Of a stretch of 58,510 nucleotides of DNA, positions 26,498-35,273 are shown piece by piece. Every line of letters starts with the position of its first letter. Positions within the stretch are counted from its first letter, which is position 1. The stretch is from Bdellovibrionota bacterium. Lineage in GTDB: Bacteria > Bdellovibrionota_C > UBA2361 > JBIIDM01. The DNA lies in the NCBI GenBank assembly GCA_044238365.1, contig JBIIDM010000003.1, forward strand, positions 1-58,510, given 5' to 3'. The position numbers and the translations under genes were made by a program. The notes beneath the pieces were generated by a model, which searched no databases, was not told the DNA's origin, and worked only from the letters and a program-made list of their open reading frames with translations.

Positions 26498-29248
26498 TTA
26501 GACATGAGATATTCCTTTATTTCGGGTCACCACTCGATTGATCACCTTAACTAACTCCACCACGGCTACGGGCAGGAGCGAACAGCCTGTGATCACTACC
26601 CATTCCGAGCTCGTCGGTGGAACGGTGTGAAGGACCTTCTGCAAGAGCGGCATGTAGACCGCTGCTCCCTGAAGGCTCAGACAAATCGCCACCGCACCCC
26701 AGAGCCATACATTTGTGAACAGACGACTGGTGAACACTGACCTGCTTTGGGAACGTGCATCGAAGGCATGAAAGACCTGGGTCAGCGCCAGAGTCATGAA
26801 TGCCATCGTGGTCGTTCGGCGCAAGCCTTCTTCGGTCCCATGCCAATGCAATCCGATGCCGAAGGCAAGGAGAGTAACCACCGCAAGCAGTAACCCTTGC
26901 CAAGCGATCAGGCCGATAAAACTACGGGTTAGTAGAGGCTCCTGCGGATCGCGTGGCAAGCGCTTCATTACGTCGGGGCTGGAAGGCTCCAGCGCCAGGG
27001 CAAAGGCTGGGAAAATGTCAGTGATCAAGTTGAGCCATAAGATCTGTAGGGCTACAAGTGGCAGCGGCCAGCCGATCATGAGGGCAATGAACACGGTGAG
27101 AATTTCTGAAAAGTTGCAGGAGAGCAGATAATGAAGGAACCGGAGAATGTTCGAGTAGATAATCCGCCCCTGCTCGACGGCATCGACGATGCTGGCGAAG
27201 CTGTCATCGGTAATCACCATGCCGGCGTTTTCCTTGGCAACCTCGGTCCCCTTGATGCCCATGGCGATGCCGATGTCTGCCTTCTTCAACGCCGGAGCGT
27301 CGTTCACCCCGTCGCCCGTCATGGCGACGACGTGCCCCTGCTGCTGCAAGGCCTCGACGATTTGCAACTTGTGCTCGGGTGAAACGCGAGCAAAAATGGC
27401 CGCATCGGCGACCACCCGTTTCCAACCTTCTGCGTCCAGGCCAACCAGTTCGCGATCGTGGACAGTGCGTAGCAGTTTTCCCTGAGAATCGACATCGATG
27501 CCTAGTTGACGTGCGATCTCGGTGGCTGTAGGCTGCTGGTCGCCCGTGATTATTACGGTCCGAATTCCGGCCTCGCGGCAGGTTGCGATGGCCTCTTTGG
27601 CTTTGTCGCGAAGTGGGTCACTCATGCCAACCAAGCCCACGAAGATCAATGCTCTGGTTAAATCGGCTTCAGTGTAGCCATCCGGTAATTCCCGATAGGC
27701 CAGACCCAGAACACGTAGCGCCGCACCGGCCAACTCCTTGTTAGTCTCTTCCCAGCGACGGCGATCATTCGGCGTGAGTGTCGTTACTCCAATGGCGCAG
27801 ATTTGTGAGCTGCTAGCAGCGAGCAATGTTCCAGGCGAGCCCTTAAGAAACGCCAACACCTGGCCTTGCGGCGTGCGATGCACTGTGACCATACGCTTAC
27901 TAGCGCTATTGAACGGCACTTCGTTGATTCGCGGAAAGTCGGCAATAAAAACGGCGTGATTCATTCCTGCTTTTTCCGCCGCAACAATCAAAGCCGCCTC
28001 GGTTGGGTCGCCCAGCACGATCTCGTGGTCAGTACATTCTACTTTCGCATCGTTGCACAACATGCCGATTCGCAGGGCCAGCGCAAGGTGCTTGTCGGAT
28101 CGTGCTTCAACGAAGGTGTCGCCATCCTGGAAATGACCCACAGGCGTGTACCCCGCTCCGGTCACCCTGACGCGGCGATGGTCCAGTGCGTAAACGCAGA
28201 CCGTCATTTCGTTCTTCGTGAGCGTGCCCGTCTTATCGGTGCAAATGACAGTAACGGACCCGAGAGTCTCCACAGCGGGGAGACGGCGAACGAGTGCTCG
28301 CATCCGAGCCATACGTTGCATCCCAAGCGCAAGCGTCATAGTGGTAACTGCGGGCAGCCCCTCGGGAACTGCTGCAATCGCCAGGGAGAGGCCGATCTCC
28401 AGCATGTGCCAAAAGTCCGTGGCACCGCGAATCCAGCCAGCCAGGACGATCACCGCGCACAGGACCAACACTACCACGATGAGCAGACGACCGAGTCGGG
28501 CTAACTTTTTTTCCAATGGTGTGGCCTGAGTGATCGCATCGTCTATCAGGAGACCAATTTTGCCCACCTCCGATTGCACGCCGGTAGCAGTGACTACCAA
28601 CCGGCCGCGACCGGCCGTGATTGTCGTACCCAGGAAGGCCATATTGAGGCGGTCTCCAAGGGCCGCGTTCTCGTCTTGGAGTAGCTCGGAAGTCTTGGTC
28701 ACTGCGAGCGATTCACCCGTCAGTGCTGCCTCCTCAATTTGCAAACCAGCGCTCTCGATGATTCGGCCATCGACGGGCACTCGTGCCCCGGCGGCCAGGA
28801 ACACTAGATCGCCTGGAACCAAATCTTCCGCCGGAATCTCGCTCTCGGAGCTGTCGCGAACTACATGGGCGACTACCACCGACTGCTTTTGCAGAGCGGA
28901 CAACGCTTGTTCTGCTTTCCATTCGGTGAAAAATCCGATAGTAGCGTTAAGAACAATGACAACCAGGACTGCGAACCCCTCAATGTTTTCGCCCATGGCA
29001 AAAGCGATCGCCGTGGCCGCGACCAGCAAGGCCACGATCAGGCTGCGGAACTGGGCAAAGAGGATCGAGAACGCCGAGCGTTCTCGCGCTTGTGTCAACG
29101 TATTGGGGCCATACTGTGCGAGTCTCCGTGCCGCTTCGGTTTGAGTCAGACCGCGCTTTATATCTGTTCGTAGGCTGTCTTCGACCGCCTCGCACGAGAG
29201 CACGTGCCACGTTGGCTGGGCAACCGAATTAGTGGCTGTCATTGTCAC
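26498..29248 (-). CDS. Cation-transporting P-type ATPase (type II, Ca2+-ATPase-like)
   Basis: CTDKTGTLT phosphorylation site, PEGLPAV in TM4, TGDGVNDAPALKKADIG hinge; 916 aa. G+C about 63% in a spot count, far above the flanks. Confidence 0.92.
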   Translation of the reverse strand: MTMTATNSVAQPTWHVLSCEAVEDSLRTDIKRGLTQTEAARRLAQYGPNTLTQARERSAFSILFAQFRSLIVALLVAATAIAFAMGENIEGFAVLVVIVLNATIGFFTEWKAEQALSALQKQSVVVAHVVRDSSESEIPAEDLVPGDLVFLAAGARVPVDGRIIESAGLQIEEAALTGESLAVTKTSELLQDENAALGDRLNMAFLGTTITAGRGRLVVTATGVQSEVGKIGLLIDDAITQATPLEKKLARLGRLLIVVVLVLCAVIVLAGWIRGATDFWHMLEIGLSLAIAAVPEGLPAVTTMTLALGMQRMARMRALVRRLPAVETLGSVTVICTDKTGTLTKNEMTVCVYALDHRRVRVTGAGYTPVGHFQDGDTFVEARSDKHLALALRIGMLCNDAKVECTDHEIVLGDPTEAALIVAAEKAGMNHAVFIADFPRINEVPFNSASKRMVTVHRTPQGQVLAFLKGSPGTLLAASSSQICAIGVTTLTPNDRRRWEETNKELAGAALRVLGLAYRELPDGYTEADLTRALIFVGLVGMSDPLRDKAKEAIATCREAGIRTVIITGDQQPTATEIARQLGIDVDSQGKLLRTVHDRELVGLDAEGWKRVVADAAIFARVSPEHKLQIVEALQQQGHVVAMTGDGVNDAPALKKADIGIAMGIKGTEVAKENAGMVITDDSFASIVDAVEQGRIIYSNILRFLHYLLSCNFSEILTVFIALMIGWPLPLVALQILWLNLITDIFPAFALALEPSSPDVMKRLPRDPQEPLLTRSFIGLIAWQGLLLAVVTLLAFGIGLHWHGTEEGLRRTTTMAFMTLALTQVFHAFDARSQSRSVFTSRLFTNVWLWGAVAICLSLQGAAVYMPLLQKVLHTVPPTSSEWVVITGCSLLPVAVVELVKVINRVVTRNKGISHV

Positions 29249-30147
29249 TGTATTCGCGAGACCAAAACAGGGCAGTGAGATTTTTACACAATTTTTCTGC
29301 TTTTAGACCCTTATAAGAATGGCTGTGCATCGCGAAAAAAAATTCTGATTGTTTCAAATCCACCGAACTGATTGCATCGGATCGATCCCGTAGTGAAGGA
29401 ACTGTTTCAGGGTCATTGGAAAGAGTAATAGGTGTCGCCATTATATCTTTCGGAGCCTTCTTTAAGAAATGTACAAAGCGCTTTTTCAGCTATAGACTGT
29501 AAAGATTTCAAAGTATCGCTCTTAATCGGAGCAAGAGGAGACCTTTGCCCAGAGGGTTCCAGAAAACGATACATATCTATATAAGCAACGAAATAGACAA
29601 TCATTGAGAGCGCGCGTGCTAATGGTCCAATGATCGTCAACACTAACATGTATATTATCGTCTAGTAGATGTTTTACATGTAGCGGAATAGTAAGCTCAC
29701 TATTCTATAGTCGAGTATGACTTCGGTCATGCTAAAAAAACGGCGCCTCACCACGATATGTGAGTGAGTTACGGCTCTGGCAGATTGCCAAGTTGATGAA
29801 ATAGGTTTATTTTCTAGCCTTTTTTTATCTTAAATCCAAAATATTTTATCATAGCGAGTTTTGCATAGCTATTCATCCCTTACATCCGGAAAAAAGACTT
29901 TTTTCTCGATTATGAACAACCTGAGGAGCTCGTACTTCTGCCGTTTTCGCTGGGTAATGCCGGTGCTACAATTTTTCACGAACGAAAAAATCAGCCCATC
30001 CTTTGTTATAGGACGGGGCAGGGCTTATTTTAGCGTTGCACGAAGCCTGAGCGTGTTAGGCAAAAGGGGGGCATAACACAGGATACGCCGAATCGGTACC
30101 AACGGGATGTTATTGATTCCAAATTCCTTAAAGTGCGTTCCCCCGGT

Positions 30148-30177
30148 GCAGAAAACTACGTTTTCTGCTTGTTTTTA
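30148..30177 (+). terminator. Intrinsic-terminator-like hairpin inside the long deaD leader
   Basis: gcagaaaac-tac-gttttctgc followed by ttgttttta, 165 nt upstream of the deaD ATG. Confidence 0.4.
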
Positions 30178-30341
30178 CGTTGTTCTTATTTGTTTGCTAT
30201 AATTCCTGTTATTTTAATAGGTTATGACGTCTTTAGTCCTTATTTTTGTAACCTTTTTTGCTCGCTTACTTGCTTTAGCTCCCTGTTCTGATAGGCTCCA
30301 GTCGGAGCATTCCAACCATAATTAAACAGAGTAATATATAT

Positions 30342-32264
30342 ATGAGTATGAACGAGGGCGGTACGGCCCAAAGCATTGAGGCTGGCATTTCATTTGCCGA
30401 ACTGGGTCTAACTGCCTCTACAGTAGAACGTGTAGTGTCGGTGGGTTTTACCACCCCTACGCCGGTTCAGGCCAGAGTAATTCCGATCCTGTTAGATGGG
30501 CAAGATGTTCTGGCCCTTGCACAGACTGGTACAGGAAAAACGGCGGCTTTTGTTTTGCCGCTTTTGGAAAAGATTGATCGACTAGCGAAAGTCCCACAGC
30601 TGCTCGTACTTGCCCCGACTAGAGAGCTTGCTCAGCAGGTAGCTGCTGTGTTCGTACAGTTTGGAAAAGGTGTGCGTGTGTCGGCGGTATACGGCGGTCA
30701 GGGGATGCGCCAACAGCTCACAGATTTGGCCAAGGGCGTTCACGTAGTGGTTGGAACCCCAGGACGTGTCATGGATCACGTTCGGCGAGGTACTTTGAAG
30801 TTAGATAACATCGGGATGGTCGTGCTTGATGAGGCGGATGAGATGCTTAATATGGGTTTCTCTGAGGACATTGAGTGGATATTGGGCCATACCCCGGAGG
30901 AGAAGCTGGTTGCGTTGTTTTCTGCGACCATGCCGAATGCTATTCGCAAGATCGCACATAACTATCTCCGAAAACATGTCGAAGTAAAGATTGCTGCCAA
31001 GCAGTCTGATGTGCCGACGATAGATCAACGGTATTGGATTGCCACCGATATCAACCGCCTTGATGCAATTTCCAGAATTCTTGAGGTTGATGAGCCGCAG
31101 GCGGTCCTTATTTTTGTGCGTACCAAGAGTGCGACTATTGAAGTAGCCGATGCGCTTGCTGCAAGAGGGTTTAATGCCGCTGCTATTAATGGTGATCTGC
31201 CGCAGCAGGCTCGTGAAGCCCTAATATCCAAATTAAAGCGAGGTACATTGCAGGTGCTAGTGGCAACGGATGTTGCTGCGCGGGGGTTGGATGTTGATAG
31301 GATCGAATTGGTTGTCAATTACGAATTGCCAACCAATGCTGAAACGTATGTCCACAGAATTGGGCGAACTGGTCGTGCTGGTCGCAGTGGTAGGGCAATC
31401 CTATTCCTTTCTCCGAGAGAGCGACGGTTTCTTAAGAACATTCAGCAGCTTGGAAAAGGTGATGTTAAGGAACTAACATTGCCAACGAAAATTCAAGTTC
31501 AGGGTGCTCGGGTACGGAGATTTAAGAACGAGATTCAGTCGTTTCTGGCCGAGGGACGTCCGACTGAGGGCCTAGAGAAGATTATTGACGAGGTTGCAGT
31601 AGAGTGCGGCGTGACTGCTTCAACAGTTGCAGCGGCGCTTTGTGTTCGGGCGAAATTACTCCCTGCGTTCGAGACGAAAGAAGGCGGAAATAAGGAAGCG
31701 TTCGAAGGAGAGGAGAATTCTCGAAAATCCAAGAGGAGTCGTGACGGTGGCGATGTGGAACGTCCGGCGCGAGACTTCCAACGTGAGGGACGAAACAAGC
31801 GAGAGGGTTCGCGCGATGGCGGTAAGCGGGACTTTAAGAAAGATTTCGCGAGTGATTTTAAGAAAAAAGACTTTTCAAAAGAGAAGCGTAGCCGAACTAT
31901 CAGCGATTTCGAGTTCGCGCAGCCTCGGTCAGAGCGAATCAAGTCGCGAGATGAGGGTGGTGATTTTAGAAAACCGGCGAAACGTGAATTTGGTGTAGAG
32001 GGAACCACCGCATCTGATAGAGGTGAAAGGAAGCCTTACAAAGGAGCAGGGAAGACTTCAGGTAAGCCCCGTTATGATGATCGCAAAAGTAGTGACTCGG
32101 AAGGAGCCAGAAAGAAAAAGTCTTTTGACGAATTTCGGGGACCTGGAGGGAAGTTTTCTAAAGACTCAAAGGGCCCGCGAAAAGAGAGCGGCAGCGGTAA
32201 GGGCGGCGCGGCAGCCCGTGGAGCTCGCAGTGACAAGGTTGGGAGCGGATCGAAGAAGAAGTAA
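30342..32264 (+). CDS. deaD: DEAD-box ATP-dependent RNA helicase (DeaD/CsdA-like) with long basic C-terminal tail
   Basis: Q motif (TPTPVQ), AQTGTGKT, VLDEADEML, SAT, HRIGRTGRAG. ~200-aa Lys/Arg/Gly/Asp-rich tail. Confidence 0.9.
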   Translation: MSMNEGGTAQSIEAGISFAELGLTASTVERVVSVGFTTPTPVQARVIPILLDGQDVLALAQTGTGKTAAFVLPLLEKIDRLAKVPQLLVLAPTRELAQQVAAVFVQFGKGVRVSAVYGGQGMRQQLTDLAKGVHVVVGTPGRVMDHVRRGTLKLDNIGMVVLDEADEMLNMGFSEDIEWILGHTPEEKLVALFSATMPNAIRKIAHNYLRKHVEVKIAAKQSDVPTIDQRYWIATDINRLDAISRILEVDEPQAVLIFVRTKSATIEVADALAARGFNAAAINGDLPQQAREALISKLKRGTLQVLVATDVAARGLDVDRIELVVNYELPTNAETYVHRIGRTGRAGRSGRAILFLSPRERRFLKNIQQLGKGDVKELTLPTKIQVQGARVRRFKNEIQSFLAEGRPTEGLEKIIDEVAVECGVTASTVAAALCVRAKLLPAFETKEGGNKEAFEGEENSRKSKRSRDGGDVERPARDFQREGRNKREGSRDGGKRDFKKDFASDFKKKDFSKEKRSRTISDFEFAQPRSERIKSRDEGGDFRKPAKREFGVEGTTASDRGERKPYKGAGKTSGKPRYDDRKSSDSEGARKKKSFDEFRGPGGKFSKDSKGPRKESGSGKGGAAARGARSDKVGSGSKKK

Positions 32265-32303
32265 GGTATGCGCGCCACCCAGCCGTACTTGCTCACCGTC
32301 TAG

Positions 32304-32355
32304 CCCGGATTATTCACGAGCCCGCTCTGGAGGTGCATTTCGTGAATAATCCTGG
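32304..32355. mobile_element. Family D short hairpin derivative (D2, 52 bp)
   Basis: cccggattattcacgag...ttcgtgaataatcctgg. Flanks CTAG/TTAG. 40 nt downstream of the deaD stop, so it may act as a terminator. Confidence 0.7.
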
Positions 32356-32398
32356 TTAGTTATTCACAATAATAACCTTACAATACGTGTGTCGGGAT

Positions 32399-32538
32399 GG
32401 TATAACCATTCCAATTCAAAATGTCCGAAGACTCTATTTGCTGGAATGGCTATTTGCTTGTCCCTCCGGGTGCTTTGCTCTGCAAAGAATATACCGCTTC
32501 CTCGTTTCTTAGGACTTGTTGAAGTGGAATCGGTATAT
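32399..32538 (-). mobile_element. Family B element (B3, ~140 bp, inverted)
   Basis: ggtataaccattccaattcaaaatgtccgaagact ... gaagtggaatcggtatat. Matches the B4 ends in reverse. Confidence 0.6.
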
Positions 32539-32652
32539 TTATTTTTGAATTCAAGTCACTTTTGTTTCAATGCAGGGCGCGAATGTAGAGAGTTAAATAC
32601 GCTCTTAGGAAGGGAACACACGGAAACGATGGTGCGAGGCACGGCTGATTTC

Positions 32653-33507
32653 TCAAATTCCCGAATGGTATTGATCAACAAAGATGACCTGTTTTACGGC
32701 AAAATCACCTTTTGCTGAACGGGCAATTGTTGCTGCTGCTACGTCAGGGTCATGTTGAAAAATTACAACCCATGAGTTTTCTGCGGCTTTAGTGAGGAAA
32801 AGTTCTTTTTCCTTGAGTGTTGCCCGCGGGCACATGTCGTACCCCATAATATACGGGAGTGAGACGTGGTGAGAGGTCGGAATCAGGTCCGATGGAAAGG
32901 CGAAGGTTGTATCGCCTACTTTAAGGCTGATCCACATGAGTCCTTCCGTGTGGCCATTGACGACATGGCCGTTTGCAATACCTGCAATCGAAGATGTTTC
33001 GTCAACCAATAAATTTATTGAGGCGGATTGAAGGGGCGTAAGATAGGTGGATAGATAGCTCGCCCTTTCTCTTGGAGACGGGCTTAGTGCTTGTTCCCAA
33101 TTGGTTCGGTGGCAGTGATGTATGGCATTCGGAAAGCTCAAGATCACTTGGTCGGGACTCTGCTGAGACACAAGGCCACCAGCATGATCAAAATGAAAAT
33201 GGGTAATAATAACGTCAGTAACTCCGCTAATATCGGACGGATCAATAAAATGGCGAAAATCATAATATTGATAGTGCTTCGGTTCCCACATTCGGCCCAC
33301 GCCAGCATCAATAAGAATTTTCCGGTTCTCTCCTGTTAGTAGGAGGCAGCGGGTTACGAGTTTGATTCGATTGAAGTCATCTGGGAAGGTCAGCCGCGAC
33401 CATAAGGTTTTTGGAACAGCGCCAAACATCGCCCCTCCATCGAGAAGAAATGAATCAAATACTACTGTTTGTAATCGCAAATGGTCTCCTAAGTATATGT
33501 AGGGCAC
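32653..33507 (-). CDS. MBL-fold metallo-hydrolase
   Basis: IITHFHFDHAGG motif; 284 aa; GTG start. Confidence 0.7.
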   Translation of the reverse strand: MPYIYLGDHLRLQTVVFDSFLLDGGAMFGAVPKTLWSRLTFPDDFNRIKLVTRCLLLTGENRKILIDAGVGRMWEPKHYQYYDFRHFIDPSDISGVTDVIITHFHFDHAGGLVSQQSPDQVILSFPNAIHHCHRTNWEQALSPSPRERASYLSTYLTPLQSASINLLVDETSSIAGIANGHVVNGHTEGLMWISLKVGDTTFAFPSDLIPTSHHVSLPYIMGYDMCPRATLKEKELFLTKAAENSWVVIFQHDPDVAAATIARSAKGDFAVKQVIFVDQYHSGI

Positions 33508-33794
33508 AAATTTTTATTGTCGACGGTATTCCCCTACGAAAAACTCACGCATGTTTATAGAATATAGTTTTGTAGTGGTTACTGCGATGCGTTCAAAATC
33601 CTAGGATAGTGTAACAAAATGAAGCAGTAGCAACAAATGTATACCGTGGAGCTGGTATTAACTGAAGTACAGGAGTTATTTTACAAGGGAAATCAGCCGG
33701 TTATGGTGTGCTACGAGCTGGATAAAAACCGTGTTGTTCAACTCATGCGTTGTGTTATCCCTTTTATAACTCACGGTATAACTTATTAAATTTA

Positions 33795-33824
33795 TTGACA
33801 CCATTTGCATCACAAGTGTAAACT
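33795..33824 (+). promoter_or_regulatory. Candidate sigma70-type promoter for the leucine-catabolism cluster
   Basis: TTGACA (33795-33800), 18-nt spacer, TAAACT (33819-33824), ~155 nt upstream of the ivd ATG. Motif match only. Confidence 0.3.
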
Positions 33825-33980
33825 CCGCTCTGTCATTTTAGTGTCCGTTCTTGAATATTAGGAAGACACGGGGTCATGAAATTATCCACGCCAGTTTAAA
33901 ACTTCTAGAGACCAGTATTTTTGGAATGGGCCACTCGGGGCGGGTATGCTTTTCGTCAATCCTTCATTAGAGAATTCATT

Positions 33981-35135
33981 ATGTCAGTTTCATTTGAACT
34001 AAGTGATACTCATCAGATGCTTCGCGACTCAGTGCGAGCTTTTGCAGAGAAGGAGATCAGGCCGGTAGCGCGTGAACTTGATGAGAAGGAGCAGTTTTCA
34101 GTGGCTCTAACGGAAAAAATGGGTGAGCTGGGTCTTTTTGGCATCGTTATCCCCGAAGAGTACGGTGGGCAAGGCATGGACTACCTTGCTTATGCGATAG
34201 CCTGCGAGGAGCTTGCCCGGGTTGATAGTTCGCAGGCAGCTACCATTACAGCCCACAATTCGCTTGGTGTCGGGCCTCTGTATTACTTCGGTAACGAGGA
34301 GCAGCGTCGACAATATCTGCCACCGCTTTGTACGGGAAAGAAGGTTTGGGGTTTTGGTCTTACAGAACCTGGGGCCGGTTCGGATTCTCGTGGCAGTAAA
34401 ACCACAGCCGAGCTTCGGGGGGATAACTGGGTTATTAATGGGTCCAAGCAATGGATAACTAATGGCTCTTGTCCGCTAAATGCTGGAATTACCGTTCAGG
34501 CAGTGAGTGGACGCGCTGCTGATGGTGATCCCGAACTGAGCTGTTTTATTATTGACCGAGGAACCCCAGGATTTGAAGCACGAACGATGCACGGAAAATT
34601 GATGTGGCGGGCATCGGATACCTCAGAGTTGTTTTTTAATGAGTGCGCCATCCCCCCTGAGAATCTTTTGGGAGAGGTGGGTGCTGGTTCAAAGCAGATG
34701 CTTCAAACGCTTGACTCAGGAAAAATTGGTATAGCTGCCATGGGAGTAGGACTTGCCCAAGGAGCGTATGAGGCTGCTCTTAAGTATGCCCAGGAGCGAC
34801 GTCAGTTTGGTCGGTCACTTACTAAGTTTCAAGCTATTGCCTTCAAACTGGCAGACATGGCAACAAAGATAGAAGTAGCTCGTACGATGCTTTACAGACT
34901 GTGTTGGATGCGGGATACCGGTATGCGGGTTACCAAGGAGGCGGCGATGACCAAGCTGTTCTGTTCAGAAATAGCGCAGGAAGTGGCGAATGAAGCTGTC
35001 CAGATTCATGGTGGGTACGGTTTGATGAAAGAGTACGAGGTGGAGCGTTTCTATCGGGACCAGCGGCTTCTTCAAATTGGCGAGGGTACATCCGAGATTC
35101 AGCGGTTGATTATTTCTCGGCAGATCGGATGCTAA
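33981..35135 (+). CDS. ivd: Isovaleryl-CoA dehydrogenase (acyl-CoA dehydrogenase family)
   Basis: ACAD motifs (GLTEPGAGSD, ..QIHGGYG.., IGEGTSEIQRLIISRQI). Context with the MCCase genes. ATG at 33981 (MSVSFELSD) is preferred over the ORF-track start. Confidence 0.85.
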   Translation: MSVSFELSDTHQMLRDSVRAFAEKEIRPVARELDEKEQFSVALTEKMGELGLFGIVIPEEYGGQGMDYLAYAIACEELARVDSSQAATITAHNSLGVGPLYYFGNEEQRRQYLPPLCTGKKVWGFGLTEPGAGSDSRGSKTTAELRGDNWVINGSKQWITNGSCPLNAGITVQAVSGRAADGDPELSCFIIDRGTPGFEARTMHGKLMWRASDTSELFFNECAIPPENLLGEVGAGSKQMLQTLDSGKIGIAAMGVGLAQGAYEAALKYAQERRQFGRSLTKFQAIAFKLADMATKIEVARTMLYRLCWMRDTGMRVTKEAAMTKLFCSEIAQEVANEAVQIHGGYGLMKEYEVERFYRDQRLLQIGEGTSEIQRLIISRQIGC

Positions 35136-35234
35136 GAAGCTGTCCAGAAATAAACAGTGCACTTTCTTGCTCAGAACGTCAAAATTTAGGGTAAATCTGA
35201 GCGTTAAATGCACAGTTTATTTCTGGACAGCTCC
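35136..35234. mobile_element. MITE-like element, family E (E1, 99 bp hairpin)
   Basis: TIRs gaagctgtccagaaataaacagtgcac / atgcacagtttatttctggacagctcc. Flanked by TAA/TAA, and the left TAA is the ivd stop codon. Confidence 0.8.
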
Positions 35235-35273
35235 TAAATAGTACGAATACTCTTCACTCTGAATGCTTTTACT

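Noticed and set aside
26342-26500. ADH-like fragment is in the same frame as the ATPase directly after its TAA, suggesting stop-codon read-through or a fusion
   Set aside because: A shared frame has a 1-in-3 chance. The fragment lacks functional ADH ends, and the ATPase C-terminus is complete. A pseudogene remnant is the simpler reading.
26547-29210. Many 60-210-aa ORFs on both strands overlapping the P-type ATPase gene
   Set aside because: These are typical stop-poor alternative frames of a high-GC gene, with Arg/Ala/Gly/Pro-rich nonsense translations. The ATPase frame carries all the family motifs.
29229-29649. Two overlapping small ORFs (70 and 78 aa) upstream of the ATPase
   Set aside because: No motifs, no clear RBS, and AT-rich sequence. 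One has a hydrophobic N-terminus, but the evidence is too weak to call a gene.
31535-32349. ORFs on both strands within and after the deaD tail (31535-32008, 31627-31998, 32023-32349, 32072-32296)
   Set aside because: They are low-complexity translations of the purine-rich repeat encoding the Lys/Arg/Gly tail, and the helicase frame is continuous.
32389-32718. 109-aa ORF downstream of deaD
   Set aside because: Its first half is the family B element B3, and its 3' end overlaps the MBL hydrolase gene on the other strand.
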